A DNA stretch of 64,000 bases from Coniocarpon cinnabarinum (lineage: Eukaryota). Positions 10,658 to 24,047 of the stretch are shown piece after piece (the first letter of the stretch is position 1; each line of letters starts with the position of its first letter). The stretch is taken from positions 1-64,000 of the forward strand of contig JAVECO010000124.1 in NCBI GenBank assembly GCA_051942205.1, written 5' to 3'. The position numbers were made by a program, and so were the translations under genes. The notes under the pieces are model-generated. The model had not been told where the DNA came from. It saw only the letters and a list, made by a program, of their open reading frames with translations, and did not search any database.

Positions 10658-12766
10658 AAACGTACTTACACCTGTGCCAAGAATTAATATTGATGGGGTC
10701 GAGAGCGAGAATGAGGTAAATGTTTTGCAGTTGTCATTGCTTGCTCCATCAAGTATCGCTAGCCGCGGCCGTAGGCAAGAGGCAGTCACCCCTTCATAGG
10801 CTTAAGGGGTTGACCAGGGGTAAATGATGTTCCGTGCGTTTTGCCGCGGTACCTGCGCGGGATATCAGCTTTCCTATTCATTGCAAGGCTGCGAGAGCCA
10901 TCTTGCTATGTTATTTCGTCGTCATACTCATGTCTAGACCCTAGGCTTGTCTCTGAGTCACTAATCGACCCGTGTATTGTGCTGTATCTTGCTGCAAGCA
11001 GCCGCAGAGACAAGACTACAGTGTCACAATGTCATGACAGGGCCAAGTCCATGGGAAGCTAACCATGAGCTTTCGGAAACAGCGACTGCGAGCCTGATGT
11101 AATGCAGGATAAGTTTTGGCTCAAGCAACTTCAACTTATTTCGTGGACTCTCCACCCCGAACCCTCATACTTTGGTCTCGTTCTTCGAGAGCACTTTGTT
11201 TGACATTCTGCTCGTGCGCCGCATATCCAAAAGAGTTATGTTTGCGTCATTGACAAACCTTGATGAGTGCTTTCGCAGGCGGCGACGCCGGCAGTGTAGG
11301 TTCAATGGCACACCATTCACAGGGACCAAACGGGTCAAGTCGGAACACGACTGGGCGAGGTTGTCTGTCACACCTACACATTGCTGCTGATGCAGTTCTG
11401 TAGCAGCCTGCGTTCCCTCTTTAACGGCCCAGCTAGCGTCAAAGCGTTCGCGGGTAGCTGCAAAGGCTTGATTGTCGATCAGCTCGAGGTGGCGTCAGTA
11501 ATTAAGATCATAGCCAGTCTGGACACCTTCATAGGAGCCTTCACAACCATTTTGTGTGAGAAGCCCTCTCGTATCTTGCTTCTCTTTGGAAAAGGGACGC
11601 CCGAAATCACAAAAGCCACTCATGAATTCCTAGCTCCCCTATCCATTCATCGGTATACTCGATTCTGTCCAAAACTTGGGATGACTCTGTCGCGGCTGTA
11701 AAGCAAGGAAAATATATGCATAGGCATGAAATGATGTCTCGCTTGCCTCAAATAATACAGCAATATGTCAATTTTCAAATCACGCATGAAACACCTTCCG
11801 TAGGAAACTTAGAGCTCCCGATCCAGAACATCGGGCTGGGATTGACGCTCCTTGTCAGAGAAACTATTGAACACGATTTTAACATAATCCATCTATTTAG
11901 ATGGCTTGCAACGTTGCATGGCTACTAGAGCAGAGTCTGGCATGGTCATACTCTGGCCATCCCTGAGAGAGCATTGTTTCAATTGGACCAAATCGCAGGA
12001 CTAAGGAGTAATGATAAAGAGTTGTGCTTGACGAGGCCAGCGGCAGGGCTCCAAGTCGAGTTGTCTCACGTGATGCTAATGATACTGAACTTCCCCACTG
12101 GGAAGATGCCAATGTGGTACGTGCACGGGGGCGCTTCCCCTTGATCCCAGCCTTTGATGCCAACGCATTCTTTGCTGTCACATTACTATTCGTGTCGAAT
12201 CATGACGAGGGCTTCGACGCCTTGCATCGGCTTTTGACGACATTTTCCATGCAAATGATGATAACATGCGCGTTCACTAGCCATCCTGGCGTGTTCTGAT
12301 ATCCTACCAGATCTGTGTTCAGATCTCTATTGTTGGTACCAGGGCTAACATGCAACACGCCACTTTAGGGTGCGAGCTCAGGCGCTCGCCTGACGATCAC
12401 TTGAAGCTGCATCCGGGATTGGACCTCTGGTCTGCCTGCCCAACCAGCTGTCAGACAGCTTGTATGCACCTCTGCCAAATATCCAAGGCAACCAATGCGA
12501 CGCCATGTCCGCTGTGCTTGACCATGCAGAAGTCCAAAGTGGACAGCAAGACGGCAAGAATGACTATGGAGTAACACACATGCATGTGTGGAGCGCCTGT
12601 CTCGGAAGACTGCACACGTTTTCCTACCCTCTGCAGACTGCATAAGGCGCCTACAAACGCCCGCACGGCCGATGTCTGTCTGTTCGTCTGTGATCAGACA
12701 CACATGCTTTGGGTAGCAGCGTTTAGTCACGAACATAAATAGTCGTCAATCTGCAAAGCAGGAGAT

Positions 12767-14236
12767 ATGATCAAGTAATATTCAAATCGAGTACGCCCCT
12801 GTACCCTCGTTGATGCCAGCTTGTCCAAAAACATGAGATGCTTCCACGAACCTCTTGCCCAGTTCCCTGTCTATGACAAGGTCCAATGTGAGCGAGTACA
12901 CGAGCATCCTGGTAAAGACGGTGTAAACACCGCGATAAAGAAAGCGATCCGAAGAAGAACCATGATAAAAACTTTGAGTGAGATGTCGGATTGCACAAAA
13001 TGCGGTGACGCTGTCACGGCACTTGCATTGCAGAGCAATGCTGCTTGGCCAATGAGCCTTTTCCCATCAAGCGAATCAGTCGACGCGAAGCTCCTACCTT
13101 TCCTGAATGACATATTGTGTATGGTAAAAGCCGAATTCAGGTGTACAAGACCTGGTGACACTGCCGATCTTCAAGACCGACTTCTGGCAAAATTCATGAG
13201 TTTCTGTCATGCCGAGCTGCACAAGATTTTGGATTTGCTGCGTTCATATTCCGGGAAGAAGCTTCGCCCAAAAAGTAGCATTGAAGGCAGCGTTTCGAAC
13301 AAAGGTGAACCTCCTTCCGAGTTAGGTTCATTACAGCGGTGTTAATGAATAGCTAATAATTCAGCAGATTACAAGAGCTGGGTGCAAGCCCCAATAGATC
13401 TGAAAAATGAAGGTTTACATACTGATTGTAGATACGCCAATGTAGTCTGGAATTGGCCCCGCATCCAAAGACACACGGTTTTTCTTCACTTCTCCACCTC
13501 TTTTGACAGCTCCCACAAAGCCGTACGCTACTACTTTGGACGCTTGGGGTCGATTGTACGTGCTGTCAAGCAGCTGTCTCAGAAAGTGCTTGTTGCGCCT
13601 GAAGGATACCGAACTTTTGAAATCAGACAATGTCCGATTGGCTCCTACTATAAGCTCCCCGCTTTTCACCAGAACATCAATCTCGACTTATCTGCTCCAA
13701 AAATGATTTCTTCCGCGACCTCAGACTCTCGAAGTACTTTGATTGCAATATTCTTCTCAGGTGTTACCATTGGATCAAGAGCACGTGACTCTTTCCGAAC
13801 TCATGCGGAAGCGGCAGTATCAGATACAGCATACGCGGCTGAAATTGCTTCCTTCGACGGCAAGCAACGCATCGCGCACGGCAAGGAATCATGCTTCTGT
13901 TATTACCGGTACATCACGCATCATCTACAGCGATCCACTCGACCATCTTTCCACGACAAGCTGTTGCTGAACTGGCGGTCCCCCAACCTTACTCGTGCTA
14001 ACGTAAAATCATTGGAGCAACAAAGCAATACTCTGGATCAGGTGACGCGTGAAATGACCCACGCAGCTATTGACGAAACCTTTATGCACTTTAATGGACT
14101 CAACTTCGTGGTAGAGGATTTTACTATCATCACAGAAAGCAAGATCACTATTGAGCTGGTTGGATCCTCCGATACTGGCTCATCCGATGGTGAAGCTTCT
14201 TCGGATGACGAAGATGCTGAAATGGCGTTTTACTAA
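12767..14236 (+). pseudogene. Degenerate OTT_1508-like nucleic acid/nucleotide deaminase
   Basis: RCFHEPL, DCTKCGDAVTALALQ, THAE, GKESCFCY and HDKLLLNW match the family pattern as I recall it. In-frame intron 13305-13367. The in-frame ATG at 12767 is followed by TAA at codon 4, and the next ATG is at 12833. Confidence 0.65.
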
Positions 14237-14453
14237 CGTGTTTGGCAGTTTGAAGCAGGCGCATAAACCAGGGCTTTCCTCAAGATTATGTATTATTTGG
14301 ATTGAACGGCCGATCGATATGCCTTGTACTTTATGATATTCGACCTTAGCAGACAGAACCTATGTGCAGTCATTCTGAAATTGATGCAGGTTGTTTCCGG
14401 CGTGCTTGTGAAGTTGCCATGTCAACAAACGCTAACGCATGTAAGCGCTGCAC

Positions 14454-15317
14454 CTACTTGGTCCCTGTGACCACCCACGCATCAAATCGAATGCCGCCGT
14501 AGCTGGCTACCTCATCCTGTACCACCTCTTGGACAACCCGCGGCCAACGACTTTTTTCCTCCTCTGTCCAATCTTGCCTCACAGACCTGGTGAAGTCCCC
14601 GAGGATGAAATCGCGGATACCCTCAATTTCCTCGCCCTGGCACAGTATTGACACTGAGTCCGTGTGAACAGCCTTGAATCCGGTCTTGGAAATTACATCC
14701 TGGAGGTAGCCCTCTCGCATGTACTCCGCCTTTGGGACTTTCATAGGCTCGGCGGTGGCACGTACTTTCTTCTGCGCAGCGTGGATCAACTCGCTCGCCC
14801 CAAAGCGTTTCCAGGCCGTCACGATGGCGACACCCCGCGGCTTGAGCGTACGGAGCATCTCGTGTAAGCATTTATAAGGGTCTGTGTACGTGGTGACGCT
14901 GATATTAGAGATCGCGACCGTGAACGTCTCGTCGGGAAACTTAAGCTCATGTGAGTCCATGACTGAGATTTTAACATGTTTCCAGCCCATCGCATTGACA
15001 CGATGCTCCGCAGCATCGACCATGGCTTGAACATTGTCAGTAGCCTCGACCCTGGCGGGTTCGCGACCGAGGTGCTGCACGACAGCGGCGGTGGCTACGC
15101 ATGGGCCACAAGCATTATCACTCACAACCGAGTCGGCATCGACAATCGAGGGTTGCTTCTCCTGCAAGAAGGCGTAAATGACCTTGTAGGTTGAGTTACC
15201 GGTGGAATGTAAGTATTTGGCGGCCAACTCAGTAAAGTACTGGGTAAAAGTCCGGCCACTGACAACCTTCTCTGCTTTGGCCGGAACAGTGTGATTTTGT
15301 TTCGGAATATCAGACAT
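14454..15317 (-). CDS. Class I SAM-dependent methyltransferase
   Basis: Motif I DNACGPCVAT, MDSHELKFPDETF, EMLRTLKPRG. Confidence 0.88.
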   Translation of the reverse strand: MSDIPKQNHTVPAKAEKVVSGRTFTQYFTELAAKYLHSTGNSTYKVIYAFLQEKQPSIVDADSVVSDNACGPCVATAAVVQHLGREPARVEATDNVQAMVDAAEHRVNAMGWKHVKISVMDSHELKFPDETFTVAISNISVTTYTDPYKCLHEMLRTLKPRGVAIVTAWKRFGASELIHAAQKKVRATAEPMKVPKAEYMREGYLQDVISKTGFKAVHTDSVSILCQGEEIEGIRDFILGDFTRSVRQDWTEEEKSRWPRVVQEVVQDEVASYGGIRFDAWVVTGTK

Positions 15318-16295
15318 TCTGATTGGGATGGTCTTTGACGTTGCTTCAATCTATATTGTGAACTTCATACATGCAAGGGCCAATGACAGTAGCCGTTGCC
15401 GGATCTCAGTCTCGAACACGAGCCTGTACAATACGAAAAATCCGGGTCATAAGGCTATGAGTCCAACGGCGAGGGCCTTTCGCAACTATATGACGCTCAA
15501 TAAAAGTGCGGTCGGTCAACGCGGGCCAGGCTTATGGACACGTGACGTCGTTTGTGTGCTATTTCTTGCCATGTTAGCCTTGCTACCTTGCCACCCTGTT
15601 GGATTGGTGACTCTGGCTGTGAAAATCGCCTCATATTTACGACACCCTAGATGAGTCCTCGCCGTTGTTGTCTTTCTTACGGTAGGTACACAAGAGAGGA
15701 GGTTCCCCGGCAGGGTAGATTGGCTTTGACCTTGGCGAAATGAGAGGTAACGACGGCGTCAACGATCTTTGCACACATGGAAGCCTAAGTACCTCGTATA
15801 ACAGCTTACACAGAGTCTTCGACCTTGCATGTCATCAACACGATTTTCCCGCGCATTAACACGCCGAACAGATCCTGATTGTCAAAGCTTCTTCGTTGCA
15901 TGGCCAGGGCGTATGCGACTTTCAACATGCAGGCTATCTAATTTGCTGAGGGTCCCATCGCACGCTTCAAGCTCCTGTCTTCACTATCGTAGACGAGGTG
16001 TAGTACCAGAACTACTGTCACATGGAGCCGCTCAGGAGCATAGGTACACATTTCCAGTCGCTATTTCCGCAGACCCTTTCATACTCCCATTGTAGGTAAT
16101 TTTTGGCCACAAGTGGCCACATGTCCAAATGCAAAGACTTTTACGAAGAGAAAACCGTGTAAACCCTTTAGGCAACATGTAATGTGATCATGATGGCGCC
16201 ATCCTAATCATAACGCTTTAAGACAGTGTGAAGTCAACACGCCTAACTCGAAGTTCTGACGCTACCTTTGCGACTGCCTCTCGCTCTTCTGCCGA

Positions 16296-17606
16296 ATGGC
16301 CCTGCAACTCGCAAATCTGCCTGAAGAGGTGCTCCACACCATTTGGAACAAGCTATCCCGCTCCGATTTCCACGCTATCAATCGTACGTGTCGTTGGGTC
16401 CATCGCACAGGATACTTCCGCCGCTATCGTCATATGGTCGTCGACGCCAGGAAGCAGCATCCAGCATTGTTTCTTCGCGCGATCTGGCGCAAACCTCATT
16501 TAGCCAAGCACATCCGAAGCCTCACCTTCATCAATACAGCTGCTTCGGAAGCATGTGTTCTGCCGGCAAACCGTGACGTCCCGTACAGGGGGATGGAGAC
16601 GGTTGACCAGGTCGACCACTGTCTGCAAAGCTTGCTAGAACAGTCTCGTCGTCATCCTTCCGGATCCATTTTGAATTCGACAGAGCAGAACGCCCTATTA
16701 CAAGGGGATGAGACCTGTGCGCTGAGATTACTCATTTCGCTCTTGCCGCGTCTCGAGGCGTTGACCTTGAGTGTCGACGGGAGGGATTTGAAACGTCTGA
16801 TGAGACTTGGCGACAGAGATGCCGTGCCTCAAGAACGAGCTGGTGAATTTGGAGATCTGTTTCCCAACCTACGAACGGTTGAGCTTCGAAGAGAGCATTG
16901 GCAAGGGTACAGTCTGTTGTGTGTTGCCGTTTGGACCTTGATACCCAGCGTTAAGATCATTCGAGCTTCAGGTGTAACCGACAGTGGCAAGGATCCAATT
17001 GAGGGACCGGCAAGCCTCGCGACTCCCCCGTTCCAATCATCGCTGGAAGTTCTTGATCTTGGGTACCAAGGGGTTGGGAGTTATGGCCTTCTGAGGCTGT
17101 TACAACGTTTGGCGCACCTTAGGGAGCTTCAATTTTTCAATGTAAGAAGCAAACTTTGGAACACCAACCTTCTCACTTCCAGTCTACAACCATCGGTGAA
17201 CCACACTTTGGAGACATTATCGATCGCAACTGGGCCCTACGATTACGGAGAGGTATCCTACAAACGCTTTATGGTGAGTTCGCTGTCTACTCTTCATTCA
17301 AGTATAGTCATCTGATTCTATATGTAGCAACTCAAAAAGCTAATTTGCAGGTTCCGACAACGTTCTAACTCACCATCTGCCCTTGTCGATCTGCTGCCAC
17401 GATCACTGGAGATCCTGATAGCCTACACAGTCGACCAAGGCGCTATTGCGGCCCTCTTTGCAAATTGGAAAGAACGTTGCCATCTTGACCTCCCGCATCT
17501 GAAGGTACTCGAATGCTGGCTGATTGGTGAATTTCCGCAAGCCTTGAGACAAGAGGTAGAAGCTACAGGTGTGAAGCTTGTGCTCAGAGACCCATTCACT
17601 GATTAG
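16296..17606 (+). CDS. F-box / LRR-like protein, 2 exons
   Basis: N-terminal F-box LANLPEEVLHTI, LRR-like segments (LPRLEALTL, FPNLRTVEL, SLEVLDL, TLETLSI). Intron about 17274-17328. Exon 2 contains LVDLLPRSLEIL. Confidence 0.8.
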
Positions 17607-18116
17607 CGATGACTAGGAGAGGCGCGCTACCCAAACACAATATATCATGGTATGAATGAGGCTCTTGTACGCTCCTGCTCATGGTAATTGAGTCTGATGA
17701 CGAAGAAATCTATCGAGAATGCGTAGTCGAGCTAGTCACTGGACATCATGCTCCGTGCTGCCTCTTTCAGATGGCCAGGTGAAGAGATCCTCAAAGTCTT
17801 CCCGGTGATATGCCTCTGCAAATTATTATGGTGGCCGCGGTCGCTCACACCGGGTGTACAGATCTGGAAAAGGATGAAAGATGTCATCGCAATGACTTGA
17901 ACAATTGGTGTGGAGGATTGATTAACTCCATAATAGACAACTTGCCCGCTCCGGGGGCAGTGTGTTGCTGCGGTGTCCGTCCGGATCGAGTGGGGGGTAA
18001 CTCACACGCCGCGGATCCATCAAACATCGAAGCATATCCTAAACTAGTCAACGCTCTAGTTCCTCCAGGGAAGGGACGTGAGCAGGATCATCTCTACGGG
18101 CAAATTCTTGTCCAGT

Positions 18117-18590
18117 ATGCCACCGCAACTAGTCTTTGGCACCGCTTTGTTCGGTATAGATCAGACAGAGTTGCAGAGTCTATTCCAAGCACTGCAACAA
18201 GCTGGGATCCGAGGCTTCGATTCCAGTTCTCAGTGCCTTCCATTTAAACGTAGCCGCGCTGAGGATCCCATCGGAAAGGCCAACGAGCAAGTCCACTCTT
18301 ACCTGATTGATACAGCTGTCTTCGCAGACACCCGCAACGACGGCAGCGGCGACCTCACGCGTGATGCGATCGAAGACTCAGTCAGCCAGCGAAAGTCAGC
18401 CACGCCCTGGAGGTCCCAAGAGTGCACGCGCAGCACAAGCATACCGGCGTGGACATTGTGATGCAAGAGCAACTTAAATGCTATGCAAGTGAATGGACTG
18501 CACATGCATCGACCTGATCCTTCTACTCCTCTTGAGAAACAAGTCACGAACTCCAGCGAGCAAGTATGAAAGGGTCATTTGCAAGGTCGT
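18117..18590 (+). pseudogene. Aldo-keto reductase (aflatoxin aldehyde reductase-like) fragment
   Basis: MPPQLVFGTALFG ... IDTAV ... GSGDLTRDAIEDSV, then in another frame LHMHRPDPSTPLEKQV followed by a stop. The C-terminal half is absent. Confidence 0.7.
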
Positions 18591-19197
18591 AAGTTCTGAT
18601 ATGGGTTCCCTGAGAACACTGCTCTGTGTCTGCGCACAAGTCCTAGAGTGGATCAAAACTCCAGAGATGTGCTTTCACAAGAGGCTGTTTGGTTGCTAAT
18701 GGTGGTGATGATTGGTGTCCTGCCGATCAACACATGCTCTGAAGACTCTTAGACCCGGATTGGAATCTTGAATAACGCTTGGCTGTATCGTTTATACCTG
18801 ACATCACTAGTGATCATTTATTTGCTTTGTCGCGTTCACGCACACCTGAATGAACTTGCCCTCATCCGGTTTGCATGGACAACGTCATGACCATCTAACA
18901 CGAAGTCGATTCATGTCGCGCAGCAGCAAGCGCTAGAAATGTGGACCAGCTTCTCGCCCTCTTGCAGAAAGAGGGCTAGCTCTATACCACATACTCATGA
19001 TTCCGCCTTGCTGTTGCGATACAATTCAGCTGCAAGTCGCAGTCTGCATGGCAGCCTTTACGACTATGCGGTAATGAGCTTCCAAGCCTGGGGAATTCTT
19101 TGCTCCGCCAGAGCTCGTCCTTTGCTCAACTTGCTTTAGTGGACCTGACTGTGTGACGTGCCTCATTTCATCTAGATACAAGCTTCGTCATCTTACA

Positions 19198-20877
19198 ATG
19201 CTCTTATCAGCATGGACCGCTTTGATCTGTATTGTATGTGCGCTCCTCTACTTGACTGGTCAGGGCCCTGTTTGCGGCCTCATGTGGATGTCTCAAAAAG
19301 TGCTGACAGCTCGCACGATGGCAGCTCATATTTACTACCGTTCTCTTCAGGAAAGTGTATACTGCCTTCTTTGACGCCCTGTACGCCATTCCCGGTCCCA
19401 AGCTCTGGGCGGTCTCGCGGATTCCCTACGTGTATCACCTTCTGACGGGTCAGCTCGTCCACCGGATAGCCGCACTTCATCAAAAGTATGGGCCCGTCGT
19501 TCGCATCGCCCCCAACGAAGTCTCATTCACTACAGCGGACGCCTGGAGAACCATCTACGGATCGAGTGGCCATGACGGTGCCTTTCCCAAGAATCCAGTC
19601 TGGCATCCGTGCACCCCCGGCTACACGAACTCGATCTCAACAGCCAATGCCGAGGACCATGTCCGAATCCGACGTGTGCTCGCGAAAGGCTTCGACGGAG
19701 ATGCCTTCCGAAGACAGGGACCGGTGCTGGACGCAACGGTAGATCAGTTCATGGAGCGGCTGCAGGCTCGTGTGCTCGAAAGGCCGGATGATCCGGTGAA
19801 CATGACACAGTGGCTGAACTTTTGCACGTTTGATGTGGTGGCCATGCTGGGCTTTAGCGAGGACGTCTTCGAATGCGTGCGCCATGCCGCGTTACCGCCG
19901 ACGATCCTTGATCTGTTCGAGAGCTCAAGGCAGATCTCGCGACGAATCGCGTTGCAACTCATGCCGGCGCTGCAGTACGTGCGGAGGCTAGAGCTTGCGT
20001 ATTTCGGAGCGCCGCCACCAAGTCGCCATTTCGTCCATGTCCAAAAGTACATCGACAAGCGCTTGAAGGCACCAAAACAGCCGAGCCGTGACGGTTATCC
20101 GTCAGATTTTCTGGGGGCGTTGAAGTGGGGCCTCGACGAAGAGCACATCACAGAGCCCGAGATGGTGAAAACAGCGCATGTCTTGTTCGGCGGAGGTGGC
20201 GGCACGACTGCAGCAGCGCTCGCAGGCACAATCAACTACTTACTACGCTATCCAGAGAAATTAAAAAGACTCCAAGAGGAGGTCCGCGCAGCTTTCAGGT
20301 CCTCAGCAGATATGACACCTTCCGCTCTGGAGAGGACTGAATACCTCCACAGCGTCATCCAAGAGGGTTTGAGGCTGTGTCCACCGATGCCATGCGGAGT
20401 CCCGCGCATGGCACCGCGAAGTGGTGCATTCGTAAGCGGCTATTGGCTGCCCGGTGGGGTGCGTGCAATGCATTTGCCGTTGACGATCAATCATGCTAAC
20501 AGAACCAGACCAACGTCTATGTGCAGCACTTCTCCGCGCACCGCAATCCAGACAGCTGGGCCGCGCCCAACGACTTCGCTCCCGAACGATGGACGTCCGC
20601 TGAGCGAGATGTGGCTTCGCCATATCACAGTGACAATCGATCAGCCATGCATGCATTTTCTCTCGGACCGCGCCGCTGCATTGGGGAGAAGCTAGCATAT
20701 GCCGAGATGCATCTGATACTGGCGAGGCTTGTCTTCCACTTCGATATGGAAGTTGCATCTAGCTCAAAAGGGTCTTCTTTGCCACAGTGGGAGGACCAAA
20801 GAACGTGGCCGTTGTGGGAGAGGTTGCCCTACTACGTCAAGCTTGTACCGGCGTCTCACCACGAAAATGATACATAG
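19198..20877 (+). CDS. Cytochrome P450 monooxygenase (CYP65/TRI11-like)
   Basis: Hydrophobic N-terminus, IPGPKL, HQKYGPVVRIAPNEVSF, ExxR (EGLR), PERW, heme motif FSLGPRRCIG. Introns about 19234-19324 and 20459-20508. Confidence 0.92.
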
Positions 20878-21263
20878 ACCGGGCGGGGCACGAGTCGCAA
20901 CAGCGCGAAGGGGCATGGTAATCATATATGGGACCTGATTGCAATCTTGGTGGAGAGTTTTCTTCTTCTTGAAAACTGCCTACTATTGCTACAAGATCAA
21001 AAATCGCAGAGTTCTGCGGAAAGCGGTCTCTCCCTAGATATGCCGGACGACGACTTGTCAGTTGACATTCAAGACCTAGATCCTAGATACATTATGAATG
21101 TGCAATTCGCACCGTTTGCTCAAGAGAGACCATTTCGGGGGATGAGATTTTGCATTTTTCGGACACACTTGTGGGCCAAAAAACCAAGCGCTTGCTGGAG
21201 CTAGCACACTGCCTCCCAGATCACTGTACCTTGTCGAGTGTTCGAAAACTATTCTATTGCCCA

Positions 21264-23200
21264 TTAAAACGTAATTGAAGGTCTCAAGTATGGCGCTTCG
21301 CGCCAATACGCACAACGCTCGGCCAATCTGGGATTGCCTTGTCCATCTGGAATGATACCAATACCACCACTACCCAAGTTGAGTATCCTACCAGCTGCTG
21401 CAGTCGCCGGAAAATCAGGCAGGCCCTTGGCATTAGGATCTAGGTTTACTGCAAAGGAGATGATGCAACCTTGCAAGGCCTCCGCGACGGTCGTGTTGAG
21501 ACCGGGGCCATCACCAAAGTCATAAAAGGTATAGGCCAAGTCTGCACCGTGAATCCCGGGTGGCACACTCCATTCATAACCATAGACAGGATTTGTGAAA
21601 GGCGCAGTGTCGATGAACCGGGCGTTGCACAAGAGATAAGCGTCTCCGTAGGTCATGTTGTTCCGCTCGGTCTGATTGATATAGCCTTGCGAGCCGTCAA
21701 ACACGGGGGGATACTGGATGTGTGTAATGTTATGGAGGTTGGCCATGTCGTTGGCGGGCAGGTGGAGCAGGGAGCTGACGTAGGAGGTGTACTCATGATC
21801 GTCGAGGATGACTTTATTGGGAACAAAGCGAGATCCTTCGTCACGATTATGACCTGTCATGACTCTCACTTTTTTGTGAAATCTTCCCTGGTGAAAAAGC
21901 CTTCCTGGAAGATCTGGTACATATTGGCCATCTGGGGCTATGCCTGCGAAAGAATATTAATTAGAGTACAGTTCGCATTTGGGTGTTTCAGAGTATCTGC
22001 TCAGTAATATACGGGGCATCAATCTCTTGAAACTTACCGAACGTGAATGTTCCAAATGGTTGAGAGTTGCCTATGAGAAGAGCGTTGACTTTCTGTAAAT
22101 CAGTGCTGTTGACTGCCTGGAGAGCGTCCAGTGAAGTAATGTTGCTGAAGGCCAGGACGCCTTCAACTGAAGAGCGAGGGTCTGGTAGAGATGGGATAGC
22201 GTACGGCGACTGAATGATAGCGCCACGAAAGGGCAGCGCATCGTCTGTGCCGTCTGATGTCGTCAAATGAGCTTGAATTGAGCTAGCTCCCGCAGATTCC
22301 CCTAGCACCGTCACCTTGGATGCATCGCCCCCAAACAAATGGATGTATTGCTGCACCCAGTGTAGTGCCAGACGTTGATCTAGCAGGCCGGCATTGTTTG
22401 CGACCCCATCGCCATGCATCCATCCCTGTAAGGAGCTTTGTAAGCTAGGATTCCGCCGCGATGAGTAAATGAAGGGCACTCATGCATAGGTCACGGCGAG
22501 ACGCTCTTCGAAAAGGTATGATAGGTCGATAAACTCACAAACATGCCTAAGCGATAGTTTATTGAAACGAGTATGATACCATCCTCAATATACTGAGTTG
22601 AACGAGACACTAAACCGTGCCCAGCACCACTGGCGTCCTTATAACCGACATCAAAGCCACCACCAGGCACCCAAACTAGCACTGGCGCGGATTTGCGCGC
22701 ACGATGCCTCCAGATACTTTGCGGCAGCAATACATCAAGTGCCAAGCAATCTTCAGAGGTGCGAGGATCTACTGGTGGAATCTCGTCAGGGGTGAAGGTT
22801 GAGTTCGTACCGCTGACGAGCCACTTGGGATATGCTTGAGGACAGATAACGTCGCTTGCATTGATCGGAGAGCGATTGTGGCTGACTGGCGGCGGTTGTG
22901 GTGCCTGAAATCGAAGATCTTTCTCAGGTGATGCTGCGTACCGGATATTCCGGAATGTCACGAGGGAGTCATTCTGCGGCCATCAGATTATGCTCCGAAC
23001 CTTGCGACCAAAGGAAAAGGCCGGTGTTGAAGACAACCAATCCAAAAGAGAGACGCAGTGCCTACCACGATGAAACCTAAATGCCGTTGATAGCCAAGAT
23101 CAACGACAAAACGCTCGTGTGATTGCGCCAGAGAGATCGGTTGCTGAGGGGAAAATGTAGCAAGGGCTGTTGCTATCAATGCTGCCACGACAACAAGCAT
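21264..23200 (-). CDS. Secreted type-B carboxylesterase/lipase, 4 exons
   Basis: Signal peptide, SEDCLALDV, PGGGF, NYRLG, NAGLLDQRLALHWV, GESAG nucleophile, NRDEG acid, GIHGADL histidine. Confidence 0.92.
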
Positions 23201-24047
23201 GGCGTTGGCTACAGTCGAACAAGTAAGCTTTAAGACGTGGCATCACTGCGCTTGATAAGCACATCGAGCGTACGAACCTGGTATTTGTCCGACCTTGAAG
23301 ATATTCACTAGCGAAGCCATCGTGCATTCAATAACGGAAGATCCAGCTTCAATAAATAAAAAGGTGGTGAACAATCAGCGACCAAAACCCCGATATTCGC
23401 GTTGACGTGACTAATTGAGAGCCTTTTAAGGCACTGGATGTCTGCATCTGGCGCTGGCCGACGGAACGTCGTTGCCGTGAGCGGCATGGCCCCCTGGGCA
23501 ACATTGTATCGCCATGATGAGTCACTCTCTGGTTAGCAACGCAGATGACCAATTCGATGGTGTAGAGACAGACAGAGCTGGCGATAAACAATTCGAACTG
23601 ATCGGAATTTATAGATGTGAATCACACACACGTTTTCATTCAATGTTCTCATCTAATCACGTGACTTTCCCAAGTTGAGCGACAATTGCGTCGTAGGCTC
23701 CCCTACCAACATCCCCAGAATTTGATACCCAAGGAGCCACCACGTGCCACGAATCACATAGAGATTTATCAGATGGACCTATAGAACTCTATGACTTCGC
23801 CTCTATCAATGTAGCAGACCTTGCAGCATGGATAAAGTAGCTGGGGTCGTGGTATTATATTATGTTTCACCGCGGCGTTCTGCCTGCTAGGATGTCCCGC
23901 ATCTGCAGACCACCCTATGAGAAAACCCCACACTACTATTCATAAAGCACCTATATCGGTCATATGCCTACCGTAATCGGCTCTCAAGGTAGTCTATATC
24001 TAATAGTACGCTCCTCAAACCTGTGAAGGATCCCACGCCGTGCCGTA

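Noticed and set aside
11100..12750. Short ORF fragments that may be decayed genes
   Set aside because: No coherent exon structure or family motif.
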